A stretch of 47,504 bases of DNA from the NCBI GenBank assembly GCA_020345725.1, contig CP070767.1, positions 1,782,276 through 1,829,779 of the forward strand, in the 5' to 3' direction. The position numbers were made by a program, and so were the translations under genes. Of the stretch, positions 21,718 through 32,029 are shown in pieces. Position 1 is the stretch's first letter. The number at the start of each line of letters is the position of its first letter. The notes below the pieces were generated by a model. It did not search any database. It saw only the letters and a program-made list of their open reading frames with translations, and was not told the origin of the DNA. The stretch comes from Methanobacteriota archaeon (GTDB lineage: Archaea; Thermoplasmatota; Thermoplasmata; RBG-16-68-12; SOIM01).

Positions 21718-22986
21718 ATGGTTACATCAAATGTCCCTGGTTTCTACAAGATGACTCCGGAAGAGAGACTGGACTTCGTAAAGGAATTCGCAGACCTGGA
21801 CCAAGAGGATGTGAAGATTCTCTCGAACACAGGCGCGATGAAGATGGACGAAGTCGACAGGATGATAGAGAACGTCATCGGAACAATGCCCCTCCCATTG
21901 GGGATAGCCACCAACTTCCTCATCAATGGAAAGGATTACATGATACCAATGGCCCTCGAGGAACCGTCCGTGGTGGCCGCGGCATCCAACGCTGGTAAGA
22001 TGGCCAGGGAGAAGGGTGGATTCAACACGAGCAGCACGCCCCCTCTAATGATTGGACAGATTCAGCTCACGAACGTGGAGGATGCCCAGGAAGCCAAAAG
22101 AATCATAGAAGAGAACAAGGAAGAGATACTGAGGATTGCGAACGAGATGGATCCCATACTCCTGAAGGTCGGCGGCGGAGCCAAGGATGTACAGGTGAGG
22201 GTCCTTGAAACGATCAGGGGTCCAATGGTTGTCGCTCATCTCATAGTAGACTGCAGGGACGCGATGGGTGCGAACGCGGTCAATACGATGGCTGAAGGAG
22301 TAGCACCGTTCATTGAGAGACTTACAAAAGGGAGAGTCTACCTCAGGATAATCTCCAATCTAGCTGATTTAAGAATCGCGAAGGCCGAAGCGGTGTTCGG
22401 AAAAGGCGAGATCGGGGGTGAGGAGGTTGTTGATGGTATCCTGGAAGCCTATGCCTTTGCTGCCGCGGACCCTTACAGAGCTGCAACACACAACAAGGGT
22501 GTGATGAACGGGATAAGCGCAGTTGTGATTGCGACCGGGAACGATTTCCGTGCAGTTGAATCAGGTGCGCATTCGTATGCATCCATAACAGGACGATACG
22601 GGCCCCTTACAAAATATGAGAAGAATGAAGATGGAGACCTAGTAGGTCGGATCGAAATCCCCATGGCCGTGGGGCTTGTAGGTGGTGCCACGGCCGTCCA
22701 TCCCACAGCCAGGAGAAACGTGAAGATACTCGGTGTGAAGACCGCTTCAGAACTCGGAGAGATTATTGCAGCCGTAGGTCTTGCCCAGAACTTCGCCGCC
22801 TTGAGAGCACTTGCGACCGAGGGAATACAAAGGGGGCACATGTCCCTGCATGCGCGTAACATTGCCGTCACGGTCGGAGCGGAAGGGGAAGAAGTCGAAA
22901 AGATTGTTGAGAGACTCGTTGCCGAGAAGAAGGTTAGGATGGACCGAGCGGAAGAAATCTTGAAGGAACTGCGAGGAGAGAGTTAG
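21718..22986 (+). CDS. mvaA: Class II hydroxymethylglutaryl-CoA reductase
   Basis: [29 protein letters not shown] and [10 protein letters not shown] motifs; SD GGAGGG before ATG 21718. Confidence 0.95.
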   Translation: MVTSNVPGFYKMTPEERLDFVKEFADLDQEDVKILSNTGAMKMDEVDRMIENVIGTMPLPLGIATNFLINGKDYMIPMALEEPSVVAAASNAGKMAREKGGFNTSSTPPLMIGQIQLTNVEDAQEAKRIIEENKEEILRIANEMDPILLKVGGGAKDVQVRVLETIRGPMVVAHLIVDCRDAMGANAVNTMAEGVAPFIERLTKGRVYLRIISNLADLRIAKAEAVFGKGEIGGEEVVDGILEAYAFAAADPYRAATHNKGVMNGISAVVIATGNDFRAVESGAHSYASITGRYGPLTKYEKNEDGDLVGRIEIPMAVGLVGGATAVHPTARRNVKILGVKTASELGEIIAAVGLAQNFAALRALATEGIQRGHMSLHARNIAVTVGAEGEEVEKIVERLVAEKKVRMDRAEEILKELRGES

Positions 22987-23399
22987 ATATCTCGTCGGTT
23001 CGGACGTTTTTCCCCTTTGTTAATCTATGAGATATATTTTATTATCTTATAGCGCTACGAGATTACTTAGTTTAGCTTTATATTAAACATAGATGTTCCG
23101 GAGTAGCGACGAGTTTGCCGTAATCCTATCAGTTTACATTAGACAGCAAAATATATCGACGATATCGTTATGACATATAATAATAGTTTTAAGACCTTAA
23201 CCACACAGAGAGAGCACTTGCTCTCGATCGATAACGTGCACGGAATAGCATTTTTCGGTGTCAAAAGAAGGGGGTTAGAGATTGATTTGTACGAATCTAG
23301 GCGATTTCTTTCATTCAGGACTAAAAATAAAAACACACAAATAAAAATGAAAAGCTTTTTATATTCACTTTGTGATACCTCCTACACTCGGGATGGGAT

Positions 23400-24272
23400 A
23401 TGAAAAGAGCTGCAGTTTACGCCAGAGTTTCTACGGAAGACCAGGCCAAGGAAGGATACTCGCTGGACGCCCAGAAGGACCGGTTGAGAGCATACTGCCA
23501 GGCTAAAGGTTGGGAGATTGCCAGTGAATACATAGACGACGGACATTCTGGAAGAGATACGAAGAGGCCAGCCTATCAAAGAATGCTTGAGGATAAGGAC
23601 GATTGGGACACCATTCTCGTAATCAAAATGGACAGGATCCACAGGAACAGCAAGAACTTCATGGAGATGATGGACGACCTCAAGAGGTGGGGCAAGGAGT
23701 TCTCAAGCATGCAGGAGTCTCTGGACACCAGTACGGCAATGGGCAGATTTGTCATGGATATAATACAGAGGATTGCGCAGCTGGAGAGCGAGCAAATCGG
23801 CGAAAGAGTGTACATGGGGATGAAGCAGAAGGCTTCCACGGTGGGTGGACCGTTGGGAGGTTGTGCACCCTTTGGATATAATCAGCAGGATGGGGAGCTA
23901 GTTATTGACAAAACCAAAGCCGAAAGCGTGAGCCTGATCTTCAGTGAGTATCTGGATGGTCAGACCACCCAGAAAATCGCAGACATGCTGAATTCGAAAG
24001 GAGTCTCCACGAAGAAAGGAAGACCATGGACCAAACAGACAGTTGCTTGGATTCTGAAGAATCCGGTCTACTGCGGTTACATGGAATGGGACAACGTAGT
24101 CAGAAAGGGAGACCATGAGGGAATAATCGACGTCCAGACTTTCAATGAAGTTCAAAAGGAGCTCGTGAGAAGAATAAGAATATCTCCACAGAAATACGAA
24201 CCCAGATTGCTTCCGGATGAGTCAACTTCTATTCAGGAAGAACGTACTGTCGAGACATGCTCGGAAGCTTAG
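23400..24272 (+). CDS. Serine recombinase (resolvase plus recombinase domain, no zinc ribbon or coiled coil)
   Basis: YARVST catalytic motif, RPAYQRML, DRIHRN, PFGY and ILKNPVYCG. Confidence 0.92.
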   Translation: MKRAAVYARVSTEDQAKEGYSLDAQKDRLRAYCQAKGWEIASEYIDDGHSGRDTKRPAYQRMLEDKDDWDTILVIKMDRIHRNSKNFMEMMDDLKRWGKEFSSMQESLDTSTAMGRFVMDIIQRIAQLESEQIGERVYMGMKQKASTVGGPLGGCAPFGYNQQDGELVIDKTKAESVSLIFSEYLDGQTTQKIADMLNSKGVSTKKGRPWTKQTVAWILKNPVYCGYMEWDNVVRKGDHEGIIDVQTFNEVQKELVRRIRISPQKYEPRLLPDESTSIQEERTVETCSEA

Positions 24273-24304
24273 ATCAAAGTCTTTTCACACTAGTATCTGT
24301 CTAG

Positions 24305-24407
24305 TTCGGACTACGGGACTAGACTAGATAGTCCGAAAAACCCTTCGACTATGTATAGTTCACATAGTACAATATGTACTATATGATTCAATTGAATTAT
24401 TATAATA
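24305..24407. repeat. Cluster of inverted repeats and palindromes downstream of the recombinase
   Basis: TTCGGACTA(24305-13)/TAGTCCGAA(24329-37); ATAGTACA-ATA-TGTACTAT (24364-82); ATTCAATTGAAT (24386-97); TATTATAATA (24398-407). Confidence 0.7.
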
Positions 24408-24506
24408 CTTTATTCTATAGCTGATAAGAGATTCTATCATATCAATAATACACATAGATAACATAAAACAATATATATAAATAGAACTATACACGGCCGG
24501 ACAAAA

Positions 24507-24656
24507 ATGCCGAAACCTGCAAAAAAGAAACTCACAAGCATACAACTCACGACGGATACTAGAGATCGACTCTACAAACTCAAATTCCGCAAAACCTATG
24601 ACGAGTTCCTGAGCGAACTCTGTGATCTGTACGAAGAAAGCCAAGAAGAAGAGTAG
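24507..24656 (+). CDS. 49-aa small protein, probable ribbon-helix-helix / antitoxin-like DNA binder
   Basis: Translated by hand: MPKPAKKKLTSIQLTTDTRDRLYKLKFRKTYDEFLSELCDLYEESQEEE; TSIQL..TRDRL...TYDE pattern; TATA-like TATATAAA upstream. Confidence 0.65.
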   Translation: MPKPAKKKLTSIQLTTDTRDRLYKLKFRKTYDEFLSELCDLYEESQEEE

Positions 24657-24806
24657 TATCACATCCGAGTCCCTCTGTTAGCCTTTCCAGAAAGCTCTAG
24701 ACGTTATTCGAAATCGAGGTAATGACACTAGATTATCTATCCAATGTAGCACCTTAATCAATGTTTCTGCAACAACCTAATGTATCGGGTTCGTGATTCC
24801 CCTTCA

Positions 24807-26207
24807 ATGAAAGATTGGGCCGAGAAGTATCGCCCTAAAACGTTGGGGGAGGTGGCAGGAAATTCACAAGCAATAGGCCAACTCCGTCGCTGGGCAGAGT
24901 CCTGGAGCCACAAAATCCCTGCTAAGAGGGCAGTTGTCTTGGCGGGTGATCCAGGCATTGGGAAGACCTCTGCTGCGCTCGCACTGGCGAATGACTTCGG
25001 ATGGATCGTGGTGGAGATGAACGCCTCGGACAAGAGGAACGCTCAGGCTGTCAGGGACATTGCTCTTAGGGGGGCCGTAGGTGAGACCTTTGCCGATGAT
25101 GGAAGATTCCTCTCCGCCAAAGAAGGTGACAGGAAGATAATCATTCTGGATGAGGCCGACAATCTCTTCGGCAAGGAAGATTTCGGGGGAATGGGGGCGA
25201 TAGCGGACGTCCTCAGACAGGCCAAACAGCCGATAATACTCATCGCCAATGACCTCTACAGCCTGACCAGACGGTCTTCTGCAATTAAGCAGAGGTGTAC
25301 GATAATCAGATTTCGGAGACCCGATACATCAGCGGTCATCAAGGTCCTCAGGGATATCGCAAGAAATGAGGGCGTGAAGGTGGCCGAAGAGGCAATAAGA
25401 TTTGTGGCGGAGCGGAATGATGGGGATATGAGGTCATCCATAAACGATCTGCAATCACTGGTCGAGGGAAGAGAGGAGGTGCTAGCCGACGACGTGGAGA
25501 GCTTGGGATACCGGGACAGGAAGAAGGACATCTACAAGGCCTTGTCCGATATCTTCAGAACTTCCAGCTGCAAGAAGTCCAGGGAAAGCGTGTTTCAGTT
25601 GGACGAATCTCCTGATTACTTCATTCTCTGGATCGAGCACAATGTGCCCTTGGACTACAAGGACCCGGAAGACCTTTCAAGGGCTTTCAACGCCCTCTCG
25701 CGAGCGGACGTGTATTTGGGCAGGGTCAACAAGCTTCGTTACTATGGTCTGTGGAGCTATGCCACGGACATGATGTCCTGCGGGGTCTCGATGGCCAGAA
25801 AAGGCAGGTACAGTGGAGGCAGATACAACTTCCCATTGTGGCTGTCAAAGATGTCGCGGTCTAGGGGAATCAGGAACACCATCAAGAGCATAAGCAAGAA
25901 GGTGGGAGATTACTGTCACACCTCCTCAGGGGTAGTATCCCGGGACATGTTCCCAAACTTCAAATTCCTGTTCAACTCCGATTCGGACTTCAGGTTCCAC
26001 ATAACTGAGAGACTCGATCTCACAGAGAGGGAAGTGGGATTCCTTATGGGCGAAAAGGAGGACTCAGCAGCTGTGAGACATCTCATCGAAGCAATCCGAA
26101 AAATGAAGAGCAAGGATGAGGAAGGAAAGGAGATTTTTCAAGATTACGAGAAGAAGGACAAGGTCAGAAGGCAGAAGAAGTCCCAGAAAAGCCTGGGAGA
26201 ATACTGA
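24807..26207 (+). CDS. rfcL: Replication factor C large subunit
   Basis: WAEKYRP, GDPGIGKT, EMNASD, LDEADNL and GDMRSSINDLQ motifs. Confidence 0.93.
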   Translation: MKDWAEKYRPKTLGEVAGNSQAIGQLRRWAESWSHKIPAKRAVVLAGDPGIGKTSAALALANDFGWIVVEMNASDKRNAQAVRDIALRGAVGETFADDGRFLSAKEGDRKIIILDEADNLFGKEDFGGMGAIADVLRQAKQPIILIANDLYSLTRRSSAIKQRCTIIRFRRPDTSAVIKVLRDIARNEGVKVAEEAIRFVAERNDGDMRSSINDLQSLVEGREEVLADDVESLGYRDRKKDIYKALSDIFRTSSCKKSRESVFQLDESPDYFILWIEHNVPLDYKDPEDLSRAFNALSRADVYLGRVNKLRYYGLWSYATDMMSCGVSMARKGRYSGGRYNFPLWLSKMSRSRGIRNTIKSISKKVGDYCHTSSGVVSRDMFPNFKFLFNSDSDFRFHITERLDLTEREVGFLMGEKEDSAAVRHLIEAIRKMKSKDEEGKEIFQDYEKKDKVRRQKKSQKSLGEY

Positions 26208-26253
26208 ACCCATCAATACAAAACAATTTATTGTCAGATGTCAATTGAGCCTT

Positions 26254-27180
26254 GTGGACACGAACTCAAGACGGCTTTTCGAAAGGCAAGGGTACAAGAT
26301 AGTGGGAGGGCACAGCGGCGTCAAGCTCTGCCACTGGATGAGACAGAAATTGCTCCACGGGAGACCCTGCTACAAGGAACATTTCTACGGGATCGAGAGC
26401 CACCGATGCCTCCAGATGAGCCCCACGTTGGAACAGTGCAATCTCAACTGCATTTTCTGTTGGAGGATACAGAACTTCTCTGGTTGGGAGTTCGAAAGTG
26501 TCGATGAGCCAGAGGTTATCCTGGAGAAATCAATAGAAGCACAGAAATTGCTGGTATCAGGCTTCAAAGGGGATGAAAGATGCGATCCAAAGATGTGGGA
26601 GGAATCCAGGAATCCCAACCAAGTGGCCATCTCGCTAACTGGCGAACCTACACTCTACCCAAGACTGAATGAATTCATAGAAATCTGTAAAAGCAAGGAT
26701 ATGACCACATTTCTGGTCACGAATGGTACAACTCCAAGAGCGCTGGAGAAGCTGGACCCACTGCCCACTCAATTATACATAACGGTCGCCGCGCCAAATC
26801 CTGACATCTACGGGAAGCTCTGCGCACCGCAAAGCGAAAAGAACTGGGAGAGACTGAAGAGAAGCATGGAACTGTTGCCCTCTCTCGACACAAGAACGGT
26901 GATCCGGCTCACACTTGTGGATGGACTGAACATAGGATGGGAGGATGAATACTCCAAGCTCATTGAAAAGGCAGAGCCAGACTTTGTAGAACCCAAGGCG
27001 TATGTGTTCGTAGGAGCTTCCAGGGAGAGGCTGACAATCGAGAACATGCCCAGCCATGAGACAGTGAAGGATTTTGGAGGAAGGCTTGCAAGGAGACTGG
27101 GATTCGAGACGGTCAGTGAGAAGGCGGATAGCAGGGTTGTTCTCCTCAGTTCGGGAAAGACCTCTCCTAAGCTGCAATAG
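26254..27180 (+). CDS. taw1: 4-demethylwyosine synthase (TYW1/Taw1)
   Basis: HSGVKLCHW, CYKEHFYGIESHRCLQM, CNLNCIFCWR and SLTGEPT motifs; start estimated at GTG 26254. Confidence 0.93.
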   Translation: MDTNSRRLFERQGYKIVGGHSGVKLCHWMRQKLLHGRPCYKEHFYGIESHRCLQMSPTLEQCNLNCIFCWRIQNFSGWEFESVDEPEVILEKSIEAQKLLVSGFKGDERCDPKMWEESRNPNQVAISLTGEPTLYPRLNEFIEICKSKDMTTFLVTNGTTPRALEKLDPLPTQLYITVAAPNPDIYGKLCAPQSEKNWERLKRSMELLPSLDTRTVIRLTLVDGLNIGWEDEYSKLIEKAEPDFVEPKAYVFVGASRERLTIENMPSHETVKDFGGRLARRLGFETVSEKADSRVVLLSSGKTSPKLQ

Positions 27181-27225
27181 AATCTCATTTTTATATTCGC
27201 AGTAGTATTCGATGGGTGACTAGAC

Positions 27226-27732
27226 ATGGATTGGTTCACAGGAATCCTTGAGGCGTTGCTGAGTCAGCCATTACTATTCTTTTTCCTATTATTCATATAC
27301 AGCGTACTAGTAGCCATCATTCTCCCCATACCCATTGAGATCGCACTCGTTTTCGCCATAGGGGACATCCCATTCCTAATAGGTGTGGCAATCACAATAG
27401 GATTAGGAAAGACGGTAGGGGCCATGGGAATCTTCTATCTGGGATTGAAAGTGGAAGACAATATCAGACGATGGTCCTCCAAATACAAGTGGATTGATAA
27501 TTTTGTAAAGGCAATGATAAAGTTCGTTGACAAGACAGGTTACTGGGGCTTCTTCATCCTTCTGAGCATCCCGTTCATGTTGGACACTGTGCCGATATAC
27601 ATCTACTCGCTCTTCAACGAAGAGGGGCGGCTCATGAGCCGCAATTATTTCCTATTCACCAACTTCGTGGCTGGGATTGTCAGATCGGTACTCTTCCTCA
27701 TACTGTGGAACGTGGGTATCCATTTAGTATAG
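27226..27732 (+). CDS. DedA/VTT-like membrane protein
   Basis: Hydrophobic helices with LPIPIE and SIPFMLD re-entrant-type motifs. Confidence 0.6.
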   Translation: MDWFTGILEALLSQPLLFFFLLFIYSVLVAIILPIPIEIALVFAIGDIPFLIGVAITIGLGKTVGAMGIFYLGLKVEDNIRRWSSKYKWIDNFVKAMIKFVDKTGYWGFFILLSIPFMLDTVPIYIYSLFNEEGRLMSRNYFLFTNFVAGIVRSVLFLILWNVGIHLV

Positions 27733-27772
27733 GGTACTGCAACGATAGACTTATTTTCCTAATTCCCTTCTT

Positions 27773-28762
27773 ATGAGCGTGTTCAGCATACCCACAATCC
27801 TAAGATCGGACGAGCTTCTTGACAAGGCTTTCAAGAAAGCATCCAAGGTGAGCATCTCTGGGAAGGGAATTGGTAGAAAGAAGAAGCTGGCCAGAGGGAA
27901 AATCGAATCCCTCTCTCAGACTATTGATTCCACCTTGAGGAAATATGTGAAATCATTTCCCACCATCGACAGCCTGCATCCATTCTACAAGGCGTTGATT
28001 GATATCCTCCTAGATACGGACAGACTGAAGAAGAGCCTGGCTTCACTAGATTGGTGCAGGAGGACCTGTATTGAGGTCGCCAGGGAGAATTCAAGGAAGA
28101 TCTTCAAGACGAAGAACCCCCAGCAGATCGATTCGATACGTAAGGCAGTATATGGCAGAGTGTCCTCAATTGTTGATGATATCTCCAAGGAGCTATTGTA
28201 TCTAAACGAGGCAAGGCAAGAGATACGGAAGATGCCGACCATTGACCCAGACATACCTACGATTGTTGTTTCTGGCTATCCCAATGTTGGTAAATCCCAA
28301 CTTGTCAGAGCAATGTCAAGCGCCAAGCCTCGAATAGCAAGCTACCCTTTCACTACACAGAGAGTCTCCATCGGACATTTCGAAAGAGACCGTACCTCCT
28401 ACCAAGTAATTGACACTCCCGGACTGTTGGACAGAGAACTTGAGGACAGAAACGCGATTGAGAGGCAGGCGATAAACGCCTTGGAACATCTTGCAGACTT
28501 GGTGATCTTTGTCTTGGACCCGACCGAAACCTGTGGGTACGATATCGGTAAACAGGAGAACCTGCTGAACACAATCAAGAAGGAATTCACCGAGATTCCA
28601 GTGATTCAAGTTGAGAATAAGATGGACATTTCCAAAACATCCTCTGAAAACAGGAAGATATCCGCCCTTACTGGAATCGGAGTGGAAGAACTGGTTGAGA
28701 ACGCTGTGGAGACTATTACCAGCCTCTCTCCTGAAGCCTCTGGTCCGCTGGAATATCACTGA
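27773..28762 (+). CDS. NOG1-family GTPase
   Basis: [26 protein letters not shown] and NKMD motifs. Confidence 0.93.
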   Translation: MSVFSIPTILRSDELLDKAFKKASKVSISGKGIGRKKKLARGKIESLSQTIDSTLRKYVKSFPTIDSLHPFYKALIDILLDTDRLKKSLASLDWCRRTCIEVARENSRKIFKTKNPQQIDSIRKAVYGRVSSIVDDISKELLYLNEARQEIRKMPTIDPDIPTIVVSGYPNVGKSQLVRAMSSAKPRIASYPFTTQRVSIGHFERDRTSYQVIDTPGLLDRELEDRNAIERQAINALEHLADLVIFVLDPTETCGYDIGKQENLLNTIKKEFTEIPVIQVENKMDISKTSSENRKISALTGIGVEELVENAVETITSLSPEASGPLEYH

Positions 28763-29735
28763 TCTCGAGACCTTTCATAGCATCTCCGAGCCCTTTTGAC
28801 ACCTCTGCTATCACTGCGGGGTCATCGAAGTTAGTAGTTGCTTCTACTATTGCCTTACCTCTCTCCTTCGGGTTCTCTGATTTGAATATTCCAGATCCGA
28901 CAAAGACTCCATCGCAGCCCAGCTGCATCATGAGGGCCGCGTCTGCGGGTGTCGCAAGTCCTCCAGCTGCGAAGTTCACGACCGGAAGTCGGGATTTCTC
29001 CTTTATCTCCAGGAGGACTTCGTACACTCCATTGGTCACCTCACCCAGGCTGAGTTCCTCGAAAACAAGGTCGTTGTTAGCGATCGCGAATTCGTCTTGG
29101 CTGGCCTTTCTCACTTCTCCCAGCAGATTCCCATAGCTTTTGGAATAGGCCGTGGCCAGTCTTTTCGTTTCGTCGTCGTTGAGGGTCTTCAGTTCCTCAA
29201 TAGCTCGCGTCATCAATCTCTGATGGCGGACCGCTTCAATGACATTACCTGTTCCGGCCTCGCCCTTGGTTCTAATCATGGCGGCTCCTTCGAAGATCCT
29301 TCTTGCCGCTTCGCCCAGGTTCCTTGCCCCGCATACGAAAGGAATGTCGAACTTCCTCTTGTCGATGTGATAGAAGGGGTCTCCAGGTGTGAGCACCTCG
29401 GATTCGTCTATCATGTCCGCTCCAAGCGTCTGAAGCGCCTGTGCCTCCACGAAATGTCCGATTCTTGCCTTGGCCATAACAGGTATGGATACCGAATCTA
29501 TGATCTCCTTGACCTTCAGCGGGTCTGCCATTCGGGCCACACCACCAGCCGTCCTTATGTCCGCTGGAACCCTCTCCAGGGCCATTACGGCAACAGCTCC
29601 AGCTTCCTCAGCGATGAGTGCTTGATCTGCGTTAGTGACATCCATTATCACTCCGCCCTTCTGCATTTTGGCAAAACCTCTCTTGAGCAATTCGGTTCCG
29701 AATCGAAGCGTTTTCAAGTCTAAGTCCAGAGGCAC
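28716..29735 (-). CDS. pdxS: Pyridoxal 5'-phosphate synthase lyase subunit
   Basis: [33 protein letters not shown] and QERGW motifs; GTG 29735 follows SD GGAGGTGG. Confidence 0.97.
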   Translation of the reverse strand: MPLDLDLKTLRFGTELLKRGFAKMQKGGVIMDVTNADQALIAEEAGAVAVMALERVPADIRTAGGVARMADPLKVKEIIDSVSIPVMAKARIGHFVEAQALQTLGADMIDESEVLTPGDPFYHIDKRKFDIPFVCGARNLGEAARRIFEGAAMIRTKGEAGTGNVIEAVRHQRLMTRAIEELKTLNDDETKRLATAYSKSYGNLLGEVRKASQDEFAIANNDLVFEELSLGEVTNGVYEVLLEIKEKSRLPVVNFAAGGLATPADAALMMQLGCDGVFVGSGIFKSENPKERGKAIVEATTNFDDPAVIAEVSKGLGDAMKGLEISDIPADQRLQERGW

Positions 29736-29896
29736 AAAACCACCTCCCCATTTATGCGGTCTATAAGAAGTTGGGTATTTATTTCTACTTTTCGGTATTC
29801 CTGATCCCGATTCATTACCCCTCTTAGCCAAATCTGCATTCAGCAAACCCTAAATATCGTCTTCCGAATGCACTGAGAGGAGGAAGGTCCATACCT

Positions 29897-30436
29897 TTGA
29901 AGGTTGTTTGCGTCACAGGCATGCCTGGAAGCGGCAAAGAAGAATTCGTAAAGGTGGCCAGGGAGTTGGAATTCGATATAATCCGCATGGGGGACCTCGT
30001 GAGAGATGAGGCCGAGAAACGCGGTCTGGATATGGATGACAGATCAGTGGGCAATCTAGCCAATGAAGAAAGGGAGCTTTTCGGGCAAGGCATTTGGGCT
30101 GTGCGTACTCTTCCAAGAATCAAGGGTCAAAGGATCATCATCGATGGCATAAGAGGAATTGCTGAGATTGAGGTTTTTCGAAAGGCATTCAAATCGGATT
30201 TGCTGGTCATCTCGATCGAGGCTGGCAGTGATGTCAGATATGAAAGAATAGTGCAAAGGAAAAGAAGGGACGCCACTCTCACAAAAGAGCAGTTCACCAA
30301 CCGGGACGAGAGGGAAAGGAGATGGGGAATCGAACAAGCACTGGACGAAGCAGATTTCGTCATAGTGAATGAAGGGTCTCTTGAGGAGTTCCAGAAAGAA
30401 GCAGAAAGGGTGCTTGAAGAGATAGTCAGGATGTGA
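29897..30436 (+). CDS. UPF0200-like P-loop nucleotide kinase (dephospho-CoA/adenylate kinase-like)
   Basis: TGMPGSGK, MGDLVR, IDGIR and RDERE motifs. Confidence 0.8.
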   Translation: MKVVCVTGMPGSGKEEFVKVARELEFDIIRMGDLVRDEAEKRGLDMDDRSVGNLANEERELFGQGIWAVRTLPRIKGQRIIIDGIRGIAEIEVFRKAFKSDLLVISIEAGSDVRYERIVQRKRRDATLTKEQFTNRDERERRWGIEQALDEADFVIVNEGSLEEFQKEAERVLEEIVRM

Positions 30437-30864
30437 GCCGGGTGTTTCTAAACGTTCGACTTAGAGCCTTCTGTCATGCCACGGAGAATCCTTCGAAGGT
30501 CAAGGATGCCCTTGAATTCCTTCTTCCAGGAGGAATTGTGCAGGAGAACACAACGACTGGGCATCATGGCAATCCAATTGTCATCTACGAAGTCAGAAGC
30601 GAGAAGAAGAGCGAAGTCAAGAGTTTCTGGGATAGAATCACTTCCTCGGTGCCGAAAGGCCCATTACTGGAAGATCTTGAGAACAGAATAGATGATGACT
30701 GCGTTCTGCACGCAAGGATGGATAAGCAAAAAGCATATCTAGGCAGCATTGAAATGGTGAGACACGAAGACGTGGTCACAGTCATGTCCAAGATCGAGAG
30801 CTATCCAAGGAACAGGAGAGTTGCGATCCAAAAGGCGATTGAGTTCTTCGGTGAGGTGAGGTGA
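30433..30864 (+). CDS. Archaeal RNA-binding protein (COG1325-like)
   Basis: HATE..KV, GHHGNPI and RMDKQKAY motifs. Confidence 0.8.
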   Translation: MSRVFLNVRLRAFCHATENPSKVKDALEFLLPGGIVQENTTTGHHGNPIVIYEVRSEKKSEVKSFWDRITSSVPKGPLLEDLENRIDDDCVLHARMDKQKAYLGSIEMVRHEDVVTVMSKIESYPRNRRVAIQKAIEFFGEVR

Positions 30865-30868
30865 GCCC

Positions 30869-32029
30869 CTGGAACTGTCACGAGAGCAAGAAGCACTCCT
30901 CAAGGATGGGAGTTTTGGGGAAAGAAAGGCCTTGGAGCTGTTGATAGCCCTTGGGGACATCTATGATGCAACTAGGCTGATTCCAGTAACCTCGGTGCAT
31001 ATCTCCGGAGCCTCCTACAAGACAATAGGTGACGCGGGTCTGAAATTCTTATCTGAAATATGTAAAGGTTGCCACACCAAGGCGAAATCGACGGTCAATC
31101 CCATAGGAATGGATAGGGAAAGATACGAGGAGATGAAGGTTACAGAGGAGTTTGTGTCCAAACAGAAAGAGATAATAGACCACTATAAGAGCCTCGGAGT
31201 TCTTGACAGCTGGACATGCACACCATATCTGATCGGCAACAGACCCGGACTTGGAGAGGACATTGCGTGGGCTGAGTCTTCAGCAGTGGTCTTCGCCAAC
31301 TCAGTACTGGGAGCCAGAACAAACAGGGAAGGGGGACCTTCCGCATTGGCTTCATCTATAACTGGACTGACACCGGACTATGGGTTGCATAGAGAAGACA
31401 ATCGGAAGGGGAATGCGCTCTTTGAATTGGATTTCGAATTGGAGGAGAAGGACTTCGCATCCCTCGGTTCTTTCGCAGGTGAGATATGCGGCACAAGAAC
31501 CCCTTATTTCAGGAATCTCTCAGCGAGCGAGGACAATCTCAAGACACTGTCTGCGGCGCTGGCATCTTCAGGTTCAGTCTCAATGTTTCATGTCGAAGGA
31601 TTGACGCCAGAGTGGAAGCTAGGCTATGAAGAGGATTGTGAGAAGGTTACGGTTGAGAGGAAGGACTTGGAAGAGATTGCGAATAGCTGGAACACAAACG
31701 ATAGCCCCAACCTGATTGCGTTTGGATGCCCTCACTGCTCAACAGCGGAGCTCAAGAGGATTGCGGATATGCTGAGAGACGGCTGGAAGGGTCCAGAACT
31801 CTGGGTATGCACCAGCAGGGAGGCTTGCAGGAAAGCCCCGGATTCCGTCCAGGAGATCGATAAACAGGGAAAGGTCCTCTGCGATACTTGCGTTATAGTC
31901 TCGAGTGTGGAAGACTTCTCAGAGACTGTTGCCACGAACTCCGGAAAAGCCTCAACCTATCTTCCTTCACTGTGCAAGCAGAAGACAATGTTCGATGATA
32001 TGGAGACACTCATAAGGCGGTTCCAATGA
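30869..32029 (+). CDS. Aconitase X catalytic subunit (phosphomevalonate dehydratase large subunit-like)
   Basis: HISGASYKTIG, TCTPY, AWAESSA, GARTNREGGPSA, GCPHCS, DTC and TNSGKA motifs; start placed at CTG 30869. Confidence 0.88.
   Translation: MELSREQEALLKDGSFGERKALELLIALGDIYDATRLIPVTSVHISGASYKTIGDAGLKFLSEICKGCHTKAKSTVNPIGMDRERYEEMKVTEEFVSKQKEIIDHYKSLGVLDSWTCTPYLIGNRPGLGEDIAWAESSAVVFANSVLGARTNREGGPSALASSITGLTPDYGLHREDNRKGNALFELDFELEEKDFASLGSFAGEICGTRTPYFRNLSASEDNLKTLSAALASSGSVSMFHVEGLTPEWKLGYEEDCEKVTVERKDLEEIANSWNTNDSPNLIAFGCPHCSTAELKRIADMLRDGWKGPELWVCTSREACRKAPDSVQEIDKQGKVLCDTCVIVSSVEDFSETVATNSGKASTYLPSLCKQKTMFDDMETLIRRFQ

Noticed and set aside
22987..24806. Replication origin in the AT-rich stretches
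   Set aside because: No ORB-like TTCCAxTGGAA repeats seen and no cdc6/orc1 nearby
28716..28762. 47-nt convergent overlap of the NOG1 gene and pdxS
   Set aside because: Short tail-to-tail overlaps are common in compact archaeal genomes
29030..29180. Internal insertion in PdxS
   Set aside because: Long-insert PdxS forms are already known in several archaea
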